Below are positions 44,976 to 55,832 of a stretch of DNA of 64,000 bases, piece after piece. Positions within the stretch are counted from its first letter, which is position 1. Every line of letters begins with the position of its first letter. The translations under genes and the position numbers were made by a program. The stretch comes from a virus: positions 9,904-73,903 of the IMG/VR virus record IMGVR_UViG_3300009509_000014, one strand, 5' to 3'. The notes below the pieces were generated by a model that saw nothing but the letters and a program-made list of their open reading frames with translations, made no database searches and was not told where the DNA came from.

Positions 44976-45760
44976 GTAGGGATAAGTTTATAGTCCTTGA
45001 CGATAGAGTAGAAGTAAGGTGGTCGTCCAGAACGAAGACACATTATGAATCACTAGGTTATGACTACACAATGATGGGTGACTCGTTCAGGGTTGACGTT
45101 ACAGACCTTCCGCCTAAGTCAAAGATGAAGGTTCTTGTACAGTGTCCGGAATGTGGGGCTACAAGAAGGGTAGCTTGGCAATCTATCGTTGATAAGGATG
45201 ATACATATTGCCAGAAGTGCGCTTCTAAAGTTGCAAACTTTGAGGATTTGACCGGACGAACATTTGGGCGGCTATTTGTTATAGCATTAGCAGATCGCCG
45301 TGGAGCTAGAGGGCAGTATTATTATACTTGCCAGTGTGACTGTGGGAATATCACAGAAGTTGAGGGCGGGTCCCTCTCTTTCGGCGCGACTCAATCTTGC
45401 GGATGTTTACAGAAAGAGATTTCTAGTGAGCGTATGAGCCAGATGACGGGCGAGAAAAACGCGATGTGGGATGCAACGAAAAGTGACGAAGATCGGTATA
45501 GTAGGCATACAGAAGCCGATCATAAAAGATGGCGCGATGAAGTCCTTGAACGTGATGGATATGCTTGCAGAAGATGTGGGTCTGAGAAAACCCTTCATGC
45601 ACACCACATATTCCCGTATACTGCACATCCAGAGCTTAGAACGGACATAGATAACGGAATAACTCTATGTAATAAATGTCACTCTGCGTTTCACGGCGGG
45701 TATGGCGCGAATGCAACCAATGTGGAGCTTGAGGAATTTATGGAGGAGTATATTAGTTAG
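44972..45760 (+). CDS. HNH homing endonuclease (free-standing)
   Basis: CPECG..CQKC, DLTGRTFGRL..C.CDCGN..SCGC, RDGY.C..CG...HAHH...NGITLC..CH. Confidence 0.9.
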   Translation: MSRDKFIVLDDRVEVRWSSRTKTHYESLGYDYTMMGDSFRVDVTDLPPKSKMKVLVQCPECGATRRVAWQSIVDKDDTYCQKCASKVANFEDLTGRTFGRLFVIALADRRGARGQYYYTCQCDCGNITEVEGGSLSFGATQSCGCLQKEISSERMSQMTGEKNAMWDATKSDEDRYSRHTEADHKRWRDEVLERDGYACRRCGSEKTLHAHHIFPYTAHPELRTDIDNGITLCNKCHSAFHGGYGANATNVELEEFMEEYIS

Positions 45761-48700
45761 TGGCGACTCCAGTAATCATTGAAGTAAAGGCAAACGCCTC
45801 ACAAGCCAAGCGCGAACTTAATAGCATTGGCGCATCAATGAAATCATTTGGCTCCAGTATACGGTCTGTTATAGCTATGTCTTCACAGGCCGTTACTGGT
45901 GTTCGCCAGATGGCACAGGGATTGCAAAACCTTGGTTTTACCATGTCTGCCATGATTGGCTTGCCAGTCGCAGCCGCTATGAAGAATATTGCTGAGGAAG
46001 CAACATCATTCGAAAAGGCTATGGTTGAGGTTGAAAAGACCACTGGTATTGCCAAGAAAGAGATTATGGATTTGGGCGAGCAGATTCGTGATCTCGCCAT
46101 GACAACGCCAACATCTGCAAGGGAACTTGCAAATCTCGCTGCAGAAGCAGGCCGCGCAGGTGTTGGACTTGGTAACACTCTTGCTGGGAATATTGAGGGT
46201 GCAAAGGCTGAGATTCTGGAGTTTGTCCGTGTTATGGACATGATGCAGGTGTCTACAACGCTTACTGGAACGGAGTCGGCTAAAGCATTTTCAAGAATCA
46301 TAACACTGTTTGACGAGATAGACACAACTAATATTGAGAATTTGGGTTCGGCAATCAACGAGCTAGGTCAGGCTACTTCCGTTTCTGAGGATGAGATCGT
46401 TGGGGCTATGTTGCGTATTGCGCCTGCGGCTGTAACCCTTGATATGACGGCGGCGCAGGTTGCTGGCCTTGCAACTGCAATTACCCAAATGTCAGAAAGT
46501 ATGTCTCGCGGTGGTACAAGTGTTCGCGTTGCCCTTGACCAGATGGCTATCAATTATGAGGAAGCAGCCAAGCTGATCGGGGTAAGTACCGAAGAGATGA
46601 AGAGCCGCATGAATGACGAAGCGTTGCCTGTCTTCATGGAGCTTGTCTATGCTATGGGGCAAATAGACGATGCGACAACGGCAACTGCCGTTGCGGTAGA
46701 TATTTTCGGTACAACTGGTGGCAAGGCTGTAAGGAGATTCGCTGAAGCCTATCCAGAGCTACTAGAATTGATGGCATTGTCAAGCTACGCATTTGAAGAA
46801 GGCACATCACTTCAAACAGAGTTTAATCGTGCGTTAACGGCAACTGCTAGTCAATTTGATATCCTCAAGAATGCAATTACAGAGGCGGGGTTAAGATTTG
46901 CTGATGACCTGCTCCCAATCGCGCAGGAGATAATCTCTGCATTGATACCAGCCGTCCAAGAACTAGCCGATTGGGTTGGGAACCTGACAGTGGAGCAGAA
47001 AATGCTTGCCGTTGGGATTGCAGCCTTGGTAACAGTCGGGCTTCCACTTTTGGCCCTGCTAGGTTCAATAGGTTTTGGGTTCTCAATGATCATCAACGGT
47101 GCTGTGAATTTAATAGGTGGTATCGTTGGATTAACCGCGACTGTTCTTACTTTTGGCGGGGGCCTTGCTTCGTTAAGCACAATAATAACAGCACTCGCTG
47201 CACTTGTCGGAGGAGTACTTGTAGCGAAACTCATTGATGGCGGGAAGGGATTTGATGTCATCATGGAAAAGTTGCGCGAAGTTGCAAGTGGGGCATTTGA
47301 TTGGGGCGAAAATTTAATCGCTAATATTGCAGAAGGTATAGTCTCTAGTGCGGCAACTGTGCTAGTGAATGCCCTGGAGTTTGTTGGGAATATAATCTCA
47401 AGTTTCTTGGAAGGTCACTCGCCTCCAGATGTTGGACCTCTTAGCACGATTGGTGAATGGGGTGCTAGACTTATAGACACTTATCTGCGGGGGTTCTTTA
47501 ACGCAGATTTTAGTGTGCTGAAAAAAGTTTCTGGCATAATATCAGATGTACTACAAACATTTGTCGATATTGGCAGAATTCAAGATATAGATTTTGGGCC
47601 AATGCTTGCAAGCGCAAGAACATTCGTTGCAGAGTTTATTAACACATTTAATAAAACTGGTGTGATATCCGAAAGCATATTAAGTAAAATCTCTAGTATG
47701 CTTGGGGAAACTGGCGACGAAATAACTAAACTATTGCGACTGCAAATGCAATACAACCAGGCTGTAAAAGAACTTGACAGAATTCGCCAAAGCATGACCG
47801 ACATAGAAGAATCTTACAGCGCAGAAGCCAGGGCAATCGCTGCGCGTACAGACCTTACAGAAGCAGAGAAGATGGTTGCGATTCGCTCTGCAAAGAAACG
47901 TCGCGATCTTGCCCTTACAAATGCGGCAACAGAACGCGATGTGGCCCAGGATAATGTTGATAGCCTTAAAGATGAGGTTAGTTGGCAAGAACAATACATT
48001 GGCGCGATGCAGGATCAGGATGATGTTCTTACGGATCACATGAAGGTTATTAACAAGCTGACAAAGGCCATAAAGAGTGTTGGGAATGCTGTAAAGTCGC
48101 TTGCAGATAAGATTCGCGACTTGATAGCTGATCTTCTAAAACAGCTTGCATTGAACGAAAGGCTCAAAGAGCTTTATGAAAGCAAGGGAATGGACACAAC
48201 TCCGCTACTTAGAGAAGAGTTGAGTCTTCGCAAAAGACTGGTTAAAGCCCTGATGGAAAAGAAGCTTATGTTCGAAGAAATGAACAAAGAGCTTCCAGAG
48301 TCAGACTGGCTTAGCCTTTCGGCAGAAGAAGAAGCTATGATTAGCACCAATCTGGATCGCATACAAGAACTTGAAAGCTATCTTGACTCTCTTTCTGGAG
48401 CAAAGTCGGTCAAGATTCCATCAATTGATACGTCGGACGCCGATAAGGCGAAGGATGCAATAGACGACACAATCTCTCAGCTTTCAAGGCTTGGGAGTAC
48501 AGTGTCAAATGTTTTGGCAGAAGGTCCAAAGTTTTGGGAGGCCTTCAAGGCTGGGTTAACCGGAGGTACAATTGAGCCAATTGTAGCTGGGATTGATCCG
48601 AAAGATGCCAAGGGTGGCCTTCAAGAGTTTGGACAGATGTTTATCCCTGAGCTTGATTCTACATCTGCCAAGTTCTATGAGTGGGGACAGAAGATAAAAG

Positions 48701-51585
48701 AAGTCATTGATAAAGTCAAGACGAAAATTGAGGAGTTGACAACAGCTTGGGAAACTGCAAAAACTAAAATAACTACAACTATTGACAATCTCAAGGGTTC
48801 GGTAGATAGAATCTTTAGCGGTGGGAAGGTTGGTGCTACCGCAGGCGACATAGTTCCTGGCATACAGGAATTTGGGCAACAGTTCATTGTGGCCGAAGAT
48901 GCCACTATGGGATTTGGAGAGAAGATTAAGAAGCTGCTCCCAATCCTTGCTGCCGGTGGAGCAGCACTGTTTGTGCTTCGTGGACCGTTGCTAAAACTGC
49001 TAGGATTGCTTGCAGGAACAGGTGTTGTTGGAAAGTTTGGTTCAGCAATAGGGGGGCTTGTTGGTCCTAATGGGCCACTTGGAAGTTTGGCAGAATGGGC
49101 AACTGAGAGCCTTGGGATATTCCCGAAGATGAAGAGTGGTTTGGGGGCATTGACTGGGGTTGCTGGTAAGGCGAAGTCTGGATTTGTTGGTATGGGAGAG
49201 GGGCTTGCCAGGATTCTCGGTGTGGCATCAAAGAAGGTTGTAACCTTCATCAACCTGTTTGGCGCTAAGGGTGGCATAAAGGGTGCCGTTGCTCAGTTCG
49301 GCGGATTGTTAAAAAGCGGTGTCGGGAAAGGTCTTACTGGAGTATTGTCTCTCGCTAAAGGTGGAATTGGGACACTTATTGGGAGTATTGCATCTTCAAT
49401 CGGCCCGATTGTTGCTACAATTGTAAAATTTATTGGCGCATTTACTGCAATTGGAGGCGCTGTTATTGCGGCCATAATTGCTGTAGTCGCAACCATTAAG
49501 TATATGAAGGATCATTGGGAGGACTTTAAGGATTCCTTTATAGAAATATGGGATAACATAAAATCTGCCATTAAAGGGTTCGTTGACAGCTTTAAGAAAG
49601 CTCTTGGTATCACCGGAGAGAAAGGTATAGATTTTAAGAAAATCCTTGATGACATTTATAAAAAGGCAGAGCCTGTTGCTAAATTCTTAGCTGGCGCATT
49701 TACAAAGGCACTCCTTGTTATTAGCGGACTCCTTAAAACAGTATTGCCTGCTGTTGGCAAGGCCATTGGTGGGATATTCAAGGGCATTACCTGGGTTGCG
49801 TCTGGAATCTTAGATGTGCTTAGTGGTATTTTCAAGTTCTTTGAGGGATTATGGCACGGAATTTCTGATGGTGATTGGTCAATGCTTACAGACGCCTGGG
49901 AAAAGATTAAAGAGGGTGCCAAAGAAATCTTCGGCGGGATTGCCGTTGCAATTGGTGGTGTCTTTTCAGGTATATATGATGTTGTTGTCGGCGTTGTAAG
50001 GAATATCATAGACAGCATTAAGAAGGCAATTAGCGGAAACAAATTCCTGTCTTCGCTGTTTGGCGGTATAGGCGAATGGTTTAATAAAGTCAAGCAGTCG
50101 TTCCAGCCTGTAATTGATACGGTTAAAAATGTAATAGCCTATGTGAAGAAGGCATACAAGATTGTTAAAAGTGCATTTAGTTTTGGTGGAGCAGTAAAAG
50201 GCTTTGCCGCCTTGGCTAATGTTATTAAGCCACTAAAGAAGGTGCTAGGGCCAGTTTTGGAAGTATTCTGGAGGCTGTGGAAGGTTGTCAGCCCACTCAT
50301 TGAAGCATTTAAGTCTGGATTTGCAGAGGGTGGATTTAAGGGTGCGTTTGAGAAAATTAAAGAGATATTGCCAGAGGTACTAGGGAATTTGTGGAAATTA
50401 CTTGGCAGTCTTGTAACGATGGTTCCGAAGATGCTCTCAGGAATAGCCCAAATGCTATGGCCTTGGATTCAGAATACACTAATTCCTTGGGTAATGGGGG
50501 TTGTAAATACTGTTTGGGAATATCTAAAAACGAATGTTCCAATTTGGGTAACGGCAATCTTAGCAGCCCTTGGAGTACTTGTTGCGAAGTTATGGTTGTG
50601 GATAACAGAAACGCTAATTCCTTGGGTTACTGGCATGATTTCACAGGTTTGGACATATATAAAAGATAACGCGCCAGTTTGGCTGAAGGCAATTATGGCC
50701 GTTCTTGAAACCGCAGCCGTTGCGATGTGGGGGTGGGTTTCTGGAACATTGATTCCTTGGGTGGTAGATGTAATTAAGAAAGTTTGGGATTATCTAAAAG
50801 AGCATGGACCTGACTGGATAGCCAAATTCCTAGAGATATTGGCGACAGTAGCAGTTGCAATATGGGGCTGGATAACAGAGACACTTATTCCGTGGATTGT
50901 AGATGTTATAAGAACAGTTGCAGATTATATAGCAACGAATGGACCAAAGTGGCTAGCAAAACTCGCAGTTGTATTAAGGAGTCTTGCCGTGAAACTTTGG
51001 AACTGGATAACTACGACAGTAGTGCCGTGGCTGAAAGATATAATTGACAAGGGTAAAGAATGGCTTGGGAAGATTGCAACAGAGTGGTGGGAAAAAGTTA
51101 AGACTGGACTTAATAAGATAAGGGAAAAGTTCAGGACTATATTTGAGTCTATAAAAACAATCATAGCGTCTGCACTCAAGACTGCGATCAACGGAATGAT
51201 TAGCGCACTTGAGAGAGGTATAAACAAGGTTGTTGATGGAATAAACGACTTTATCAAGAAAATAAACACTATCCTTACAAAGATGGGGATTGGTGAAATT
51301 GGGCTTCTTGGCAAGATCAGTATCCCAAGACTTGCAAAGGGTGGTATTGCCATACAAGAACAATTGGCAATAGTTGGCGATGTTCCAGAGGCAATTATAC
51401 CGCTTGACAGATTGCCTGACTTTATGGGTGTAGCGAACCAGGCACAGCAGCCAGTGCATATCGAAATAAGGGACAACACCGTGCGGAGTGAGGACGACTT
51501 GCAGCAAATAATCCGCGCCGTAGAAAGGCAGTTGGGGATTAGCCTTGGAGCAAAAAGAAGGATGCTGTCTAGGAGCTTTGGATAA
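45760..51585 (+). CDS. Tape measure protein (TP901-type core)
   Basis: 1941 aa, helical; FEKAM..V.KT core, TM segments, Trp-rich repeats, LAKGGI...IVG...PEAIIPL. Confidence 0.93.
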   Translation: MATPVIIEVKANASQAKRELNSIGASMKSFGSSIRSVIAMSSQAVTGVRQMAQGLQNLGFTMSAMIGLPVAAAMKNIAEEATSFEKAMVEVEKTTGIAKKEIMDLGEQIRDLAMTTPTSARELANLAAEAGRAGVGLGNTLAGNIEGAKAEILEFVRVMDMMQVSTTLTGTESAKAFSRIITLFDEIDTTNIENLGSAINELGQATSVSEDEIVGAMLRIAPAAVTLDMTAAQVAGLATAITQMSESMSRGGTSVRVALDQMAINYEEAAKLIGVSTEEMKSRMNDEALPVFMELVYAMGQIDDATTATAVAVDIFGTTGGKAVRRFAEAYPELLELMALSSYAFEEGTSLQTEFNRALTATASQFDILKNAITEAGLRFADDLLPIAQEIISALIPAVQELADWVGNLTVEQKMLAVGIAALVTVGLPLLALLGSIGFGFSMIINGAVNLIGGIVGLTATVLTFGGGLASLSTIITALAALVGGVLVAKLIDGGKGFDVIMEKLREVASGAFDWGENLIANIAEGIVSSAATVLVNALEFVGNIISSFLEGHSPPDVGPLSTIGEWGARLIDTYLRGFFNADFSVLKKVSGIISDVLQTFVDIGRIQDIDFGPMLASARTFVAEFINTFNKTGVISESILSKISSMLGETGDEITKLLRLQMQYNQAVKELDRIRQSMTDIEESYSAEARAIAARTDLTEAEKMVAIRSAKKRRDLALTNAATERDVAQDNVDSLKDEVSWQEQYIGAMQDQDDVLTDHMKVINKLTKAIKSVGNAVKSLADKIRDLIADLLKQLALNERLKELYESKGMDTTPLLREELSLRKRLVKALMEKKLMFEEMNKELPESDWLSLSAEEEAMISTNLDRIQELESYLDSLSGAKSVKIPSIDTSDADKAKDAIDDTISQLSRLGSTVSNVLAEGPKFWEAFKAGLTGGTIEPIVAGIDPKDAKGGLQEFGQMFIPELDSTSAKFYEWGQKIKEVIDKVKTKIEELTTAWETAKTKITTTIDNLKGSVDRIFSGGKVGATAGDIVPGIQEFGQQFIVAEDATMGFGEKIKKLLPILAAGGAALFVLRGPLLKLLGLLAGTGVVGKFGSAIGGLVGPNGPLGSLAEWATESLGIFPKMKSGLGALTGVAGKAKSGFVGMGEGLARILGVASKKVVTFINLFGAKGGIKGAVAQFGGLLKSGVGKGLTGVLSLAKGGIGTLIGSIASSIGPIVATIVKFIGAFTAIGGAVIAAIIAVVATIKYMKDHWEDFKDSFIEIWDNIKSAIKGFVDSFKKALGITGEKGIDFKKILDDIYKKAEPVAKFLAGAFTKALLVISGLLKTVLPAVGKAIGGIFKGITWVASGILDVLSGIFKFFEGLWHGISDGDWSMLTDAWEKIKEGAKEIFGGIAVAIGGVFSGIYDVVVGVVRNIIDSIKKAISGNKFLSSLFGGIGEWFNKVKQSFQPVIDTVKNVIAYVKKAYKIVKSAFSFGGAVKGFAALANVIKPLKKVLGPVLEVFWRLWKVVSPLIEAFKSGFAEGGFKGAFEKIKEILPEVLGNLWKLLGSLVTMVPKMLSGIAQMLWPWIQNTLIPWVMGVVNTVWEYLKTNVPIWVTAILAALGVLVAKLWLWITETLIPWVTGMISQVWTYIKDNAPVWLKAIMAVLETAAVAMWGWVSGTLIPWVVDVIKKVWDYLKEHGPDWIAKFLEILATVAVAIWGWITETLIPWIVDVIRTVADYIATNGPKWLAKLAVVLRSLAVKLWNWITTTVVPWLKDIIDKGKEWLGKIATEWWEKVKTGLNKIREKFRTIFESIKTIIASALKTAINGMISALERGINKVVDGINDFIKKINTILTKMGIGEIGLLGKISIPRLAKGGIAIQEQLAIVGDVPEAIIPLDRLPDFMGVANQAQQPVHIEIRDNTVRSEDDLQQIIRAVERQLGISLGAKRRMLSRSFG
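50458..51040 (+). repeat. 135-bp (45-aa) tandem repeats in the tape measure protein
   Basis: WxWITETLIPW units begin at 50458, 50593, 50728, 50863 and 50998. Confidence 0.85.
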
Positions 51586-53744
51586 TGAGTTATAAGTTAG
51601 GGATTGCAAACAACAGATATAATTTTACAACATTTGTGGAAGAAGACTACAGGGACTATATCATCCTTGATGGCAAAGGTACTGACAGAATAGTGGTCCC
51701 TACATTTAGCGGAATCACCAGTATACCTACCACGACAACCAAATCAATTGAAGGATGGTTTAGGTTTGACGGGTTTGGAGTAACTTCATCGCCCGTTATT
51801 ATGTCAAAAGGCAGCTGGAAAATTCAGATGCACCCGTCTTATTGGCAGCGGATAAGGGCAACAGCAGATTATTCTGTTACAGACTATTACGTCTACGAAG
51901 ATGCAGAAACTCTTGGGTTTGCTCCTGGCGACTGGTTCCATATATACTTTACATCTGACTTTGGGTATATGAGCATGGCGGTGAATGGTGTATGGACTGG
52001 TGGTAGTGCAGGAAGTGGTACATATACCAGCGATACCAGCGATGATTTAGTTATAGGGAATTACAAGTCGCCGTATGCTTACCCATTCAATGGGGCGATT
52101 GGTTGGGTTAGGGCGACCAGTGGGACGGTAAGAAGGACTCCTGGAGTTCCTTTTACACCACCTTCAAGGACATCTCCGCCTGCATGGGACGCCAACACCG
52201 CACTTCTTTTATGGCTGGATGAAGGCACTGGCACGAACATAGATGATCGCGCCACAGGCGATAATGACGGAACGCTTACTGGTGGTGCGTGGGCCAAGGA
52301 AACCGCGTATTGTATAGTTAGTGACGGAGGACTCAGGATTGATAAGCCTTCAATAAGATCGGTAGAATCCTATGGAACTGGCCGTGGAGGAACAAGTATC
52401 AGCGAGACAAATTATGGCAAACGGAACATCTCGATTGAGTTTGAAATTATCGGTGACACATTTTCTGACATAATGCAAACTAAAGCGGAGATAGCGGCGA
52501 TGATTGATTCTTGGTCCACTTCTGGATCTGCGGTAAATGTTCCAGGATCAACCCTTGTGTATTCCAACGATGGACTTGATGATTCTGTTCAGTTTGATAT
52601 ATTGCGTGGGTGGGTAACACTCCCTGAAGATTTTATGTCGCTAGAGAAGCAGTCGTGGACGAAAGGAGACGGTGCCAAGACGGTGAAGGGCTGTATGCTT
52701 GATTTAGAGTGCAGGCCATTCGCAAGGGGCTTGGAGTATCAAGTGGCATCTGATAACGCAAACTTTTCTACAGATGGCTATTATGAAAACTCTATATCCT
52801 TTAAGGCGACAAAAGGAGATGTGCAAAGCCCAGCAAGAATAAGGTTTTACTCCTACACAAGTGGGTGGGACTATGAGGAGTTGTGGGTAGGAATACGTGA
52901 CACTGGCCTTGTTGACAATTTCGTATCAACTGTTGAGGCAGAGGACGGTGTATACTCTGGACACGGAGGAACACTATCATCAAAAAGCACATCATATTCT
53001 GGAGACTCTGGTGACGCTACCGGAGGCTACCGTGTTAACTATAGTGTTACTGGCACGACTGCTAGAACATTGTTGTGGGAATCTCCCGCAAGCCCCGATG
53101 TAGAATCTGTATATGATATTGGGCAGTACATTAGGGTAATTGCAACTGGTAGCTTCCAAGATAAGGGAGTATACCAGATGGCCGTTGACAACGCCAATTC
53201 GTCAGAGATACAATACTTTAGGGGAGTCAGAGCGTCAGCCGCAACTGTTCCTGTTCTAGACCTTGGAACTTTGCCATGTATCCCTGGTGACGCAGTATGG
53301 GACGATTTCGTGATCCCTCAATACTCTGAGTTGGAGCTTTACTATACACCGGATGATGCTAGCGAAACAACTACAATTAACCTAGACTGCTTTGTGTTTA
53401 TACCAGTCGGGGATTATAAATACAAAAGAATCGGTGGCGATGGGTTTGAAATGTCCGGTAGTAATAATCCAGGAGCTACCCCAAGAACAGAATACATGGA
53501 AGACGCCGTAAATGGCAGAGTTGTCATGCTTTACAACGACGTGAACATTCCATACGACGGGGAATATGACTACACAATTGCCATGAATATTGACTATAGT
53601 GGGATGCCAATATACCTAACGCCAAACATAAACTCAAAATTGTTTATTACTGCGTATGATACAAGTGGACTTTGGGTTGCTGGGAGAACCATTGGTTTAT
53701 GGATATATTCCACCCCGTACTACATAGAAATACCACAGGAGTAA
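51585..53744 (+). CDS. Distal tail (Dit-like) protein with LamG/ConA-type insertion
   Basis: Follows TMP; SIEGWF..W.H....VNG...L.IG...FNG.I LamG pattern; YGKRNISIEF, LECRPFA. Confidence 0.7.
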   Translation: MSYKLGIANNRYNFTTFVEEDYRDYIILDGKGTDRIVVPTFSGITSIPTTTTKSIEGWFRFDGFGVTSSPVIMSKGSWKIQMHPSYWQRIRATADYSVTDYYVYEDAETLGFAPGDWFHIYFTSDFGYMSMAVNGVWTGGSAGSGTYTSDTSDDLVIGNYKSPYAYPFNGAIGWVRATSGTVRRTPGVPFTPPSRTSPPAWDANTALLLWLDEGTGTNIDDRATGDNDGTLTGGAWAKETAYCIVSDGGLRIDKPSIRSVESYGTGRGGTSISETNYGKRNISIEFEIIGDTFSDIMQTKAEIAAMIDSWSTSGSAVNVPGSTLVYSNDGLDDSVQFDILRGWVTLPEDFMSLEKQSWTKGDGAKTVKGCMLDLECRPFARGLEYQVASDNANFSTDGYYENSISFKATKGDVQSPARIRFYSYTSGWDYEELWVGIRDTGLVDNFVSTVEAEDGVYSGHGGTLSSKSTSYSGDSGDATGGYRVNYSVTGTTARTLLWESPASPDVESVYDIGQYIRVIATGSFQDKGVYQMAVDNANSSEIQYFRGVRASAATVPVLDLGTLPCIPGDAVWDDFVIPQYSELELYYTPDDASETTTINLDCFVFIPVGDYKYKRIGGDGFEMSGSNNPGATPRTEYMEDAVNGRVVMLYNDVNIPYDGEYDYTIAMNIDYSGMPIYLTPNINSKLFITAYDTSGLWVAGRTIGLWIYSTPYYIEIPQE

Positions 53745-53747
53745 ACA

Positions 53748-55832
53748 GTGTCTAACATTAGTGTGAAATTGTATAACTCTACAGACGGGAGCGAACCGCT
53801 ATTTGCTGGAACACACTATACTGAGGACTGGTCACGAATAGTTAGTAACCTGTCATTCTCCACAAAGAACCCTGGAGGGTTTAGCGAATGTGGATTTAGC
53901 ATTACAACGGCTAGCCTTGAAGCATTCTCTGAGTATGCCGACTCTCTGTATAGGTGGGTTTCTGTAGAGGATGGGCTTGGACACGTACTGTGGCGCGGAA
54001 GGATCGAAGAGGTTTCTTATGAGCCTGGTCAAGTGTCGTTTGTTTGCGCGGGATCGTGGTCGTCAGCATTTGACACATTCTATGACGACGGATCATTTTC
54101 TGGCAATCCTGGAGCAGAACACTCTATCCTTAATGCAGATAGCACAAGAGAATTAGATACAACCTATGTATATCTGGCGCAGAGTTTTCAATTGTCTGAA
54201 CCTCTTGCGGTTAGGGATATTGGAATTCGATTGACAAATGATGGGCTGGCGAGTCGTGGAAGTTATATAAAAGTATACTTGTGCGAAGACAATAGCGGTA
54301 GCCCTGAAAATGTTAATTACGCATTGGCAACTGCAAGTATCCAGGTGGCGACAATAGGTAGCGAAGAAACTATATCTACAGGATTAACCACTTCGTATAG
54401 ATTAAACGCTGACACTCCATATTGGATTGTAATAGGTGCAGGGGCTTCGACCGTGACAACATCTACGGTTGGATGGAGATATGACAGCACTCAGGGCTAC
54501 ACTGGCGGAGCGATGAAATACTACACATCGTCATGGAATGCGTTTACCGGAGATGCTATATTTTATGTATGGACACATCCAAGATTCTATTATTACAGTA
54601 TTGACGTTTCGAATGGAGACTTTGAGGAAACCGCTGGCGCTGGAACATTTGATGATTGGACAGACAATGCTGGAACTGGTGCAATCGCAATTGAGACTTC
54701 TAGTGTGTACGAAGGTACAAATGCGGCGAAGTTAACAGCAGGTGTTAGTGTAGACACATATATATATCAAGATATTCCGGTCGTTATGGGAAGTGACTAT
54801 ACGCTATCGTTCTACACAAGGGGCGATGGCACTTATGCTGGCAGGTATAGGATATACGATGTGACGAATTCTGCTGATATTGTAGCAACTACAGCCACCG
54901 GAGTAACTGGAACAACTTATACACTGGTTGAGGACGCTTTTACAGTTCCAGCAACTTGCGAAAGCGTAAGGATATATTTGTACTGCCCAGGAACAAATGG
55001 TGGAATAGCATACTTCGACGCCGTTGCTGTTGATGGCGATTATGCTTCTGCGGCAGATGTAATTGCCAATGCTGCTGCGGCGACAACATTTCTGGTCAGC
55101 GACGAGTCATTCTTAGAGATCGACGGACCAGCCGTGAATCCTATCGCGTTTACAAATAACGAAAAGCCAGGAGATGTAATTAATAAAGTGTTGAGCTTTG
55201 GCTCCGGTGACGCTACGCCACTCCCAGTGTTCTTTGGTCTTTATGAAGGAGAGTATACAGAGTTTAGGTCGATGCCTGGAGGACGTGTATGGTATATAGG
55301 TACTGGGAACCTTGCATATGGACAGCAGGGGCTTGCGCTTACTACATCGGCAAAGTCTGCAAAGACAAGGGTTGGAACCCTGTATAGCGGAGTTGTTGGT
55401 GAAAGAAACAAAACAGAGTGGGTCATAAACTCCGATCTGTATAATCACCTTGGATTCCACGTTGAAGGGCTTTACAGTATAGCAGGCGCAAATGAAGCGG
55501 TGGCTGATATTGTCGCTGGTGTTGTCGCATCGGCATATGCAGGACACGCTGCATCTATAACGCTACTGGTGGAGGGCAACGCATCAGTAAACAACCACTT
55601 TAGCCTGCCAACTAGGTTGATTAGGGCAGGGGATTCTGTAAATGTTTCAAAGGCAATCCCTGCTTCGTCAATATCGCAGGGGGTAGGTATAAATATCGAA
55701 AATCTAAACGTACAAGAAACATCCTATGATGTTGGGACAGGGAGAATGTCAGTAGTTGTTACAGGAGAGGCATTTACAGTTGTGGATGTCATCCTTGCCC
55801 TTGCAGGGCTTAGTGGTGGGAGTATGATATAA
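53748..55832 (+). CDS. Baseplate hub/Tal-like protein with carbohydrate-binding insertions
   Basis: LSFST..PGG, LWRGRI; AQSF..YWIV module; NGDFE...YTLSFY...YFD.V CBM-like module. Confidence 0.65.
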   Translation: MSNISVKLYNSTDGSEPLFAGTHYTEDWSRIVSNLSFSTKNPGGFSECGFSITTASLEAFSEYADSLYRWVSVEDGLGHVLWRGRIEEVSYEPGQVSFVCAGSWSSAFDTFYDDGSFSGNPGAEHSILNADSTRELDTTYVYLAQSFQLSEPLAVRDIGIRLTNDGLASRGSYIKVYLCEDNSGSPENVNYALATASIQVATIGSEETISTGLTTSYRLNADTPYWIVIGAGASTVTTSTVGWRYDSTQGYTGGAMKYYTSSWNAFTGDAIFYVWTHPRFYYYSIDVSNGDFEETAGAGTFDDWTDNAGTGAIAIETSSVYEGTNAAKLTAGVSVDTYIYQDIPVVMGSDYTLSFYTRGDGTYAGRYRIYDVTNSADIVATTATGVTGTTYTLVEDAFTVPATCESVRIYLYCPGTNGGIAYFDAVAVDGDYASAADVIANAAAATTFLVSDESFLEIDGPAVNPIAFTNNEKPGDVINKVLSFGSGDATPLPVFFGLYEGEYTEFRSMPGGRVWYIGTGNLAYGQQGLALTTSAKSAKTRVGTLYSGVVGERNKTEWVINSDLYNHLGFHVEGLYSIAGANEAVADIVAGVVASAYAGHAASITLLVEGNASVNNHFSLPTRLIRAGDSVNVSKAIPASSISQGVGINIENLNVQETSYDVGTGRMSVVVTGEAFTVVDVILALAGLSGGSMI

